This document shows, piece after piece, positions 1-5,023 of a stretch of 6,589 bases of DNA. The stretch is from a virus. The stretch covers positions 1 through 6,589 of the IMG/VR virus record IMGVR_UViG_3300045988_019679, one strand, 5' to 3'. The notes under the pieces were generated by a model. That model saw only the letters and a program-made list of their open reading frames with translations. It searched no databases and was not told where the DNA came from. Both the position numbers and the translations under genes were made by a program. Each line of letters opens with the position of its first letter. Position 1 is the stretch's first letter.

Positions 1-55
1 CGGTAGAAACAAAGGCTGCCAATTCCGGGAAACCAGCTAAAGGTATACGAACGAC
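1..55. repeat. Terminal direct repeat, copy 1 (circular-contig assembly overlap)
   Basis: cggtagaaacaaaggctgccaattccgggaaaccagctaaaggtatacgaacgac is identical to 6535..6589, and it lies inside the VP1 reading frame. Confidence 0.95.
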
Positions 56-742
56 AGGATTGGTTGTTTCCTGATTGCTTATAAAATCATACCGAAGAGC
101 ATTAACAGGAGTCTTACAACCGTAATAATTAGGAACTACAGGACCCTTTTCGACGAGGATAGAAGATATATCGGAACCTTGTAGTGCTATAATCTTATTA
201 ATCGTTTCCGAGATACCACTTACATTTCCAAGATGCGTAAACGCCAAAGTTCCAAAAGAAGAAGGTTGATTTGCAGCATAAAAAGGTGTGCGAAGAATTC
301 CTTTAGTTTCAGAACCATAACTTCCAGTAATAGTAGTAGGTACGCCAAGATAATCAGCAAGTGTTCCGGTCTGCAAGTCGTCAAGAATATTGAACTGTTT
401 ATGCCCTTGTGGAGTATCTTCGGCAGTAGGGTCAATCCAAGGAGGCGTAACGGTCTCATCACCTCCGAAGAAGGACATCCAGTCTTCCCAAAGAGTACGG
501 GTACGAACATAAACAAAGTGTAACCGCACATAAAGTTGAGTCTGTATCGGGAATACAGTCGGAAGTAACTGCAAGTTGAAACGGGCGTTTATCTGAAACG
601 AATCACCAAATGAAGCAGGGAGCAGACACACAGGGGTGATTGCTCCAAATTTCATTGTCAAATTGTTTACAAAAGACAAGTCGAACGTAGAACGATTGAC
701 GCGGTCTATGTATGAGTCTTTTTTACGAAATATGTTTGCCAT
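1..742 (-). CDS. VP1: Major capsid protein VP1 (phiX174 F-like), N-terminal 247 codons. The ORF runs off the window start and continues in frame at 6534 (position 1 = 6535).
   Basis: I translated the minus strand by hand from ATG 742..740: MANIFRKKDSYIDRVNRSTFDLSFVNNLTMKFGAITPVCLLPASFGDSFQINARFNLQLLPTVFPIQTQLYVRLHFVYVRTRTLWEDW... There are no stops down to base 1. The R-x-x-FDLS...T...G...P...LP..GD pattern is the canonical microvirus capsid N-terminus. Frame arithmetic (742 and 6535 are both codon starts) joins it to ORF 5024..6556. It is missing from the ORF track because it has no stop inside this window edge. Confidence 0.93.
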   Translation of the reverse strand, partial: MANIFRKKDSYIDRVNRSTFDLSFVNNLTMKFGAITPVCLLPASFGDSFQINARFNLQLLPTVFPIQTQLYVRLHFVYVRTRTLWEDWMSFFGGDETVTPPWIDPTAEDTPQGHKQFNILDDLQTGTLADYLGVPTTITGSYGSETKGILRTPFYAANQPSSFGTLAFTHLGNVSGISETINKIIALQGSDISSILVEKGPVVPNYYGCKTPVNALRYDFISNQETTNPVVRIPLAGFPELAAFVST

Positions 743-744
743 AA

Positions 745-945
745 TCAAAAGTTAACATTAATGTCAGGAGTCTTTAAAGTATCCACACGCGTAGTAGTAG
801 ACTGTTGCGTGCCTTGAGAGGAATTCTGGTTTTTCCAGAATAAGGACATAGATGCAGTGCAACTATCCAGAAGAATAGCCGCGGCTACTCCAAGAATGAA
901 AGTAGTCGCGTGCTCTATAATCTTATATATCTGCTGCTTAGTCAT
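745..945 (-). CDS. 66-aa small protein with one predicted transmembrane helix (MTKQQIYKIIEHATTFILGVAAAILLDSCTASMSLFWKNQ...). Function unknown; candidate membrane or lysis-related protein.
   Basis: Internal ATG at 945..943 of the 745..1116 track ORF. It overlaps the end of the 74-aa ORF as ATGACTAA. Its stop, TGA at 747..745, lies 2 nt before the VP1 ATG (TGA-TT-ATG). The hydrophobic stretch is TTFILGVAAAILL, and third-position T bias matches the neighbouring genes. Confidence 0.55.
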   Translation of the reverse strand: MTKQQIYKIIEHATTFILGVAAAILLDSCTASMSLFWKNQNSSQGTQQSTTTRVDTLKTPDINVNF

Positions 946-1162
946 TTTCCGGCTCAATAAGATATTGTTCAAACATACCGTCCGGCAACTGACGATCAGT
1001 AACGATAAGCTGCATAGCTGCAGAGAGAGGAATGTGTTCACGAACAACAACAATAACAGGCATCTCTTCCTGAGTAGAAAGGAACTTGCGAGTTGTAAAA
1101 GTAACACGAGGTTCATTGTCTTGCGCTGTAACTGAACAGCAATCTACATTTAATTTTGTCAT
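938..1162 (-). CDS. 74-aa hypothetical protein
   Basis: ORF-track entry. Codons mostly end in T, like the recognised genes. It is packed between the 59-aa and 66-aa ORFs. I recognise no motif. Confidence 0.55.
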   Translation of the reverse strand: MTKLNVDCCSVTAQDNEPRVTFTTRKFLSTQEEMPVIVVVREHIPLSAAMQLIVTDRQLPDGMFEQYLIEPEND

Positions 1163-1174
1163 AATGTAAAAATT

Positions 1175-1354
1175 TTAAGTAAAACAAAAATTATTAGATA
1201 GAACTACCAAATAGTCATCTTGCATGAGACCAGGTAATTCGAAGTTTACAAACAATATGTATTCATCCAGCGTGTCAAAAGTACGATAAGAAATCTTATC
1301 TTTTTCGTAGTTTAACATCGTCTTCGGATAAATCTTAGCATAAATGTACGGCAT
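1175..1354 (-). CDS. 59-aa hypothetical protein, absent from the ORF track (probably below its length cutoff)
   Basis: Hand translation from ATG 1354..1352: MPYIYAKIYPKTMLNYEKDKISYRTFDTLDEYILFVNFELPGLMQDDYLVVLSNNFCFT, with stop TAA at 1177..1175. The start lies 2 nt after the VP4 stop (TAA-CT-ATG), the same junction form seen at VP1/103-aa and 66-aa/VP1. Confidence 0.5.
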   Translation of the reverse strand: MPYIYAKIYPKTMLNYEKDKISYRTFDTLDEYILFVNFELPGLMQDDYLVVLSNNFCFT

Positions 1355-1356
1355 AG

Positions 1357-1375
1357 TTACAAAGTTTCTTTGTAA
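1357..1375 (-). promoter_or_regulatory. Hairpin TTACAAAG-TTT-CTTTGTAA covering the last VP4 codons and its stop codon
   Basis: 8-bp perfect stem with a 3-nt loop. The minus strand reads TTACAAAGAAACTTTGTAA, with the TAA stop as the last 3 stem bases, followed by CT-ATG of the 59-aa ORF. Confidence 0.5.
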
Positions 1376-2754
1376 ATAGCAAGAATGTTCTCACTATCTG
1401 TCTTATATTTAACATAAGTTATATCTATCTCGGGCAAAGTTGACATATATTCACTCATAAACTCATGATGTTCACGTTTAGCTGCGGTCATCTTCTTGTA
1501 ATAATCAAGGTCAAATTCGTAAGCTTCAAGCATAGCCAAAAGAGGCTCAAGAATGTGTTCCATAACAATAAGGCTGTCCTCATGATGAATGGCGTAGAAG
1601 TTTTTCGCATTGTCAAAAATAAAGCGAGGGAAGCGATGTACACAGGTGTCGAAGTTGTAAAAGGGGAACTTTTCTCCAAGCCATTTACGGGTGATATTAA
1701 CCTCTTTATCAGGCATATGGAGATGTATCTGCCAAAGACATGCGCGAATTGACAAGAAATAGTCTACCAACTGAATAGTATCACGAATTTCTTTGCGAAT
1801 AAGCAGAGAAGGCGTGGGGTAGAGTTTCCGGCGAAAATAAGAGGGGATGTATGACGTAAAACGTTCACCTGTGAACTTATCGACAATCTCAACAGTCAGA
1901 ACGTCAGGATGTTGATAAAACCAAAGAACGTGGTCAAGACACCATTTGTAACCAAGACCGCCGCCGCGGCGGGAGGATAAGTAAAAAGTGGGCTTGCAAC
2001 CTGCAGGAACATCACTTTCTTTACGCATATATTTCATGCAATATTGAATGCCGCCTTGAGTACAAGGCTTGCAATAAACAAAACCAAGTTCACCTACATA
2101 ATCCCAATCAAAGCGATGAGTAAGTTTATTATAGACTCGTTTTCGAGCAGACCAAGCCTGATGAACAATTTTATACACATCCATAGCAGACATGTTAATA
2201 GGCATATTCCAAAGAATAAGGTGATAATGAGGCAATTTCGTATGGCTGCCATACTCAGCGGCGGCAAAATACCGTATCTTTTCAGTATAATCATAATCTC
2301 GAGTGAGAATCTGACGCAAACGTTTAAGAAAATCTTGTACATGTTTTTTATCTACGCCGTCAACAGGACGATTCGCAGGATTATAAGTCAGAGTGATAAA
2401 GTAAGGGACGGAACGAGATGATTGTGTTTCAGCAACAGCGCGAAACATCCATTCACGGGCATTTCTTTTTCGACAAAGAGCACATTTACGACAAGGAATT
2501 GCCAAAAACATAGGTACGGCATCATCGTCGCGATCAATGGCGTAATAGCTATCTTGATATGAAGCAAAGTTCTGAGAATCAATAGCTTTCGGAGAAAACA
2601 AAGCGTATGGAAAATTCCAGCGCCATGCGGCAAGTTGCATTTCCGGAACAAAAGTTGCATTTCCGTTGTAAACATATTTTCCTGTTCTCAAAAGTGCATC
2701 CTTAAATGCAGGATTTAAAATGTATTTCGGTTTTTCACAAAGAATATTTGACAT
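1357..2754 (-). CDS. VP4: Replication initiation protein VP4 (phiX174 gene A-like HUH rolling-circle endonuclease), 465 aa
   Basis: Motifs seen in the translation: Cys cluster CRKCALCRKRNAREWMFR, motif 1 FITLTY, HUH motif LPHYHLILW, and the paired catalytic tyrosines YCMKYMRKE (Y-x-x-K-Y). An in-frame TAA at 2763..2761 blocks upstream extension. Confidence 0.95.
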   Translation of the reverse strand: MSNILCEKPKYILNPAFKDALLRTGKYVYNGNATFVPEMQLAAWRWNFPYALFSPKAIDSQNFASYQDSYYAIDRDDDAVPMFLAIPCRKCALCRKRNAREWMFRAVAETQSSRSVPYFITLTYNPANRPVDGVDKKHVQDFLKRLRQILTRDYDYTEKIRYFAAAEYGSHTKLPHYHLILWNMPINMSAMDVYKIVHQAWSARKRVYNKLTHRFDWDYVGELGFVYCKPCTQGGIQYCMKYMRKESDVPAGCKPTFYLSSRRGGGLGYKWCLDHVLWFYQHPDVLTVEIVDKFTGERFTSYIPSYFRRKLYPTPSLLIRKEIRDTIQLVDYFLSIRACLWQIHLHMPDKEVNITRKWLGEKFPFYNFDTCVHRFPRFIFDNAKNFYAIHHEDSLIVMEHILEPLLAMLEAYEFDLDYYKKMTAAKREHHEFMSEYMSTLPEIDITYVKYKTDSENILAIYKETL

Positions 2755-2775
2755 AGTTTTTTATTTTTAATTTGG

Positions 2776-2840
2776 GCGTCCGGGCGGGCTATCCGCTCAA
2801 ACAAATCGGCTTCGCCGATACTCGCTCCTATCCCTGACGC
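2776..2840 (-). promoter_or_regulatory. GC-rich nested helix element in the VP4 leader: outer helix 2776..2784 / 2832..2840 enclosing hairpin ATCGGC-TTC-GCCGAT (2805..2810 / 2814..2819)
   Basis: gcgtccggg pairs with ccctgacgc (8 of 9 positions, one mismatch). The inner 6-bp stem is perfect. CTATCC occurs at 2789..2794 and 2828..2833, on either side of the inner hairpin. Confidence 0.4.
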
Positions 2841-2949
2841 GCTTCACTTCGTTACGCAATATATACGGAGGCGTCATCCAAGATGACAGAGAGGTGTTCG
2901 CGCTACCGCGCTCACGATTTCATAATTTCCTTTTATCTCTCAAGATGTG

Positions 2950-2957
2950 CAAAGATA
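2950..2957 (-). promoter_or_regulatory. Candidate -7 box TATCTTTG upstream of VP4 (no good -33 TTTG)
   Basis: The 8-mer is the same as in the 94-aa ORF promoter. It sits about 195 nt upstream of the VP4 ATG and is overlapped by the inverted repeat TTTATCT (2932..2938) / AGATAAA (2953..2959). Confidence 0.4.
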
Positions 2958-2993
2958 AAGTGTAGGCTAAAATATCGTTTATCAACCTGCGCC

Positions 2994-3033
2994 AAACTAT
3001 GTTAAAGTCGCTACGCTTGGTTTAACATAGTTT
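2994..3033. repeat. Perfect 13-bp inverted repeat AAACTATGTTAAA / TTTAACATAGTTT with a 14-nt loop (GTCGCTACGCTTGG)
   Basis: Read directly from the sequence: arms at 2994..3006 and 3021..3033. Direct repeats CGCCAAAC flank it at 2990..2997 and 3043..3050. Confidence 0.9.
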
Positions 3034-3157
3034 ACCACAGAACGCCAAACGCTATTTTTTCCTACGCATTGTTTTATTGCACGTCTCGAAAGAAAAAAGG
3101 AAAAATATGCTTTGATGTTTGCGATAGATAAGAGACAGAATGGATAAGAACGCAAAC

Positions 3158-3174
3158 CGAAGTTGGGAACTTCG
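3158..3174 (-). terminator. Hairpin CGAAGTT-GGG-AACTTCG. On the minus strand it is followed by GTTTGCGTTCTT; possible terminator after the 94-aa ORF or an ssDNA origin hairpin.
   Basis: 7-bp perfect stem with a 3-nt loop. The downstream tract is T-rich but imperfect. Confidence 0.35.
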
Positions 3175-3208
3175 TAGGGCTGTAGCCTTATAAGAGTTAT
3201 TGGGCAAG

Positions 3209-3227
3209 GCAGCCCAAGAAGGGCTGC
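3209..3227 (-). terminator. GC-rich hairpin GCAGCCC-AAGAA-GGGCTGC about 60 nt downstream of the 94-aa ORF stop; possible terminator, with no clear U-tract
   Basis: 7-bp perfect stem with a 5-nt loop. Each arm can also pair with other nearby segments (see findings). Confidence 0.35.
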
Positions 3228-3284
3228 TCATTCAAATCTTTCACACAAGCTGAGCAATGTGTCAGTTGTGCTACTTATATCAAG

Positions 3285-3569
3285 TTAGTCGATGCCGGAT
3301 GTTTCACCCGGTCCACAAGTTATCCGACAAAAGTCGGAATAAGATAGTTCTTCAATCACCTTGCGATTACAATACTGAGCATCTATTATGCCTACAAACA
3401 AGAATGAAGACTTGTATGATTCTTCCATATAATCTATAAAAGTAACAGCTCGATCATCCATGCGTTTATGATTAATTGCTTGGTAAATAGTATTGCAATC
3501 TATACCGGTTACCTTAACAAATACTTGTTTCTGTTTTCTAATGCTTAAAAACTGTAAAAGAATGTCCAT
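3285..3569 (-). CDS. 94-aa hypothetical protein with a possible N-terminal helix-turn-helix (AlpA/Xis- or XRE-like), preceded by its own promoter
   Basis: ORF-track entry. The segment KQVFVKVTGIDCNTIYQAINHKR resembles the V-x-x-x-TG[ILV]-x-x-x-T[IL]Y-x-x-I pattern of small phage HTH proteins. A Bacteroidetes-type promoter lies 50-80 nt upstream. Codon usage has visibly more A-ending codons than the structural genes. Confidence 0.5.
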   Translation of the reverse strand: MDILLQFLSIRKQKQVFVKVTGIDCNTIYQAINHKRMDDRAVTFIDYMEESYKSSFLFVGIIDAQYCNRKVIEELSYSDFCRITCGPGETSGID

Positions 3570-3615
3570 AATCGTAATGTTTTAAGGGTTTATAATCTTG
3601 TTTCTTTCAACACTA

Positions 3616-3647
3616 CAAAGATAGACATTCTTTATAATTTATCCAAA
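3616..3647 (-). promoter_or_regulatory. Bacteroidetes-type promoter for the 94-aa ORF: -33 TTTG (3647..3644), 20-nt spacer, -7 TATCTTTG (3623..3616)
   Basis: The minus strand reads TTCTTTGGATAAATTATAAAGAATGTCTATCTTTGTAG. This matches the Bacteroides sigma-AB consensus TTTG-N19-21-TAnnTTTG. An inverted repeat ATTCTTT/AAAGAAT (3627..3633 / 3645..3651) overlaps the -33 box and spacer. Confidence 0.6.
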
Positions 3648-3666
3648 GAATTCTCGTTAAAAAATG

Positions 3667-4710
3667 TTATTCTTTCGAAGAACGAGGATTAGTAAAAGGC
3701 ACAAAAGATGCAACATCACGGAGAACCAAATGAAGCTGTTGCATACTTCGTTCGAACTCATTCCAATTTTGATCCTGTAGCAAGTCAAAACGGAGACGGT
3801 CCGTTTCTGCACTCACCTTAAATCCAAGAGATTCATAAAAAGACGATAAGGCCTGATTACGTTTCTCATCAGACTTCATAAGAGGCAGTTTTCCAGCAAG
3901 TTCTTGAAAGGCAAGTTTAAGTTGCTCCTTAGAGACATCTAACTGACCTTGCATAACCTTAAGCTTACCATGTTCTATGAAAGAATCCAAAGCTACACGA
4001 ACGTGACGCTCCCAAATGCGAGAATCAACATCAGCAGCATTAGAAATCAAAAGGTCAACCTCAGATTTAATCTTACCAATAGTAGCATTAATTTGTTCAA
4101 CCATACTACGAGCTTGAGAAGCCTGAGAATCGTTAAGGTTAATCTTGCTACCGTTAACAAGAATAGTACTCTCAATAGTATCAAGCTGGCCTTGATTAAA
4201 CGCATCACGAAATGAAGCATCAGAAGCGAGAATGTCATTCGTATGTTTCTGACCCTCAGTTTCAGCATTAGTCTTAGCAACTTGAGCGGATAAAGCAGTA
4301 TCCGCAATAGCTTGAGAAGCAACACTACCAAGAGGTTTATAACGATTCCAGGCAGAAGTATCAGCAACAGGACCAGACGGAGTATGTCCGCCTTGAGCCT
4401 GAATAGAAGATCCTTGCAAGGCTCCGTTGGTAGCATACAAATCAGGATTGATTCCAGCAGCTTTCAAACGAGCCTGGACAGCAGCAGGAGTATTATACTC
4501 ATTATTAGCCTGCCAAAGCTGATAATTCCAATCATTCTGTGCCTCTCGTTCAGAGGTCTGCCATTTACGGGTCTTCTCAGCTTCTTCACGCGCCGCCGCG
4601 ATCTGTTTTTTGACAGATTGATTCTGAGAATGAGCGCCAAATAAATTAGAAATGCCGGAAAGTGCGCCACCAATTAGCGCACTACCAGCACCTGCAAAAA
4701 AACTTCCCAT
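3667..4710 (-). CDS. VP2: Minor capsid / DNA pilot protein VP2 (phiX174 H analogue), 347 aa
   Basis: Gly/Ala-rich N-terminus (MGSFFAGAGSALIGGALSG), then the VP2 signature NNEYNTPAAVQARLKAAGINPDLYA, followed by a long coiled-coil-like Q/A/S-rich region. The start overlaps the upstream stop as TAATG. Confidence 0.88.
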   Translation of the reverse strand: MGSFFAGAGSALIGGALSGISNLFGAHSQNQSVKKQIAAAREEAEKTRKWQTSEREAQNDWNYQLWQANNEYNTPAAVQARLKAAGINPDLYATNGALQGSSIQAQGGHTPSGPVADTSAWNRYKPLGSVASQAIADTALSAQVAKTNAETEGQKHTNDILASDASFRDAFNQGQLDTIESTILVNGSKINLNDSQASQARSMVEQINATIGKIKSEVDLLISNAADVDSRIWERHVRVALDSFIEHGKLKVMQGQLDVSKEQLKLAFQELAGKLPLMKSDEKRNQALSSFYESLGFKVSAETDRLRFDLLQDQNWNEFERSMQQLHLVLRDVASFVPFTNPRSSKE

Positions 4711-5021
4711 TACTTCAACTGTTTACGCTTTTCATTGTAGGCGGCTACAATCTTAGCGCGAGCATCACGTTGAGCATTCCAAACATCAGCAATATCCTGG
4801 CCTCGACGATATTCAACAGGAACAATCCACGATTCCTCATCAGTAAAATCATCGGAAGGTAACTGTGAGATATTCTGCGAAGAAATAGGTACACCAGCTT
4901 TAGCAGCTTCATACATCTGGGCGGGAGTGTAAGCAAGGTCGCCACGTACAGGAAGTTCGCCCGGTTTCCGAGTACATGTACACGTATGCGTGTTCCAAGC
5001 ATGAATTACTACTTGTTTCAT
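4710..5021 (-). CDS. 103-aa hypothetical protein between VP1 and VP2; function unknown (scaffold-like role is only a guess)
   Basis: ORF-track entry. Its ATG lies 2 nt after the VP1 stop (TAA-TT-ATG) and its stop overlaps the VP2 ATG. It has the same T-ending codon bias and contains YTPAQMYEAAKAGVP, which resembles the VP2 motif. Confidence 0.65.
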   Translation of the reverse strand: MKQVVIHAWNTHTCTCTRKPGELPVRGDLAYTPAQMYEAAKAGVPISSQNISQLPSDDFTDEESWIVPVEYRRGQDIADVWNAQRDARAKIVAAYNEKRKQLK

Positions 5022-5023
5022 AA

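Larger units (their letters stand above)
2755..3284. other. 530-nt ORF-free intergenic region (candidate origin, regulatory or structured-RNA region)
   Basis: Neither strand has an ORF with a plausible start and length. The longest I found is a 39-aa Cys-rich plus-strand ORF at 2883..3002. The region is dense in hairpins and short repeats. Confidence 0.8.

Noticed and set aside
745-1116. Full 123-aa version of the ORF upstream of VP1.
   Set aside because: Its N-terminal 57 aa are another Leu-rich alternate-frame read-through overlapping the better-supported 74-aa ORF. The internal ATG at 945 gives a compact gene with an ATGACTAA stop-start overlap.
2158-2164. CTGATGA hammerhead-core-like heptamer (plus strand).
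   Set aside because: It sits inside the VP4 coding sequence on the non-transcribed strand, with no flanking helices or GAAA partner in a suitable arrangement.
2883-3002. 39-aa Cys-rich, basic plus-strand ORF (MTERCSRYRAHDFIISFYLSRCAKIKCRLKYRLSTCAKLC) in the non-coding region.
   Set aside because: It is on the wrong strand for this virus family, has no promoter signal, is short, and runs through the hairpin and promoter elements. It is most likely chance.
3053-3107. AT-only stem (TATTTTTTCC / GGAAAAATA) spanning a 36-nt loop, and the polypurine run at 3088..3107.
   Set aside because: Pairing needs a bulge and is very weak. Low-complexity A/T runs pair by chance. It is not separable from the general non-coding-region observation.
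3177-3240. tRNA-like 5' end (GGGCTGTAGCC...), which would suggest a tRNA or tRNA-derived attP.
   Set aside because: There is no T-loop (GTTCGAATC-like) sequence, no cloverleaf-compatible stems and no acceptor-stem complement on either strand.
4047-4436. 129-aa extremely Leu-rich hydrophobic ORF embedded in VP2 on the same strand (+1 frame), superficially like the phiX174 E lysis gene.
   Set aside because: VP2 codons overwhelmingly end in T. In the +1 frame that T becomes codon position 2. This excludes TAA/TAG/TGA and forces L/I/V/F residues, so the open hydrophobic frame is an expected by-product of codon bias. The same applies to the Leu-rich minus-strand ORFs at 2094..2342, 2388..2675, 4745..5002, 5686..5931 and 220..531.
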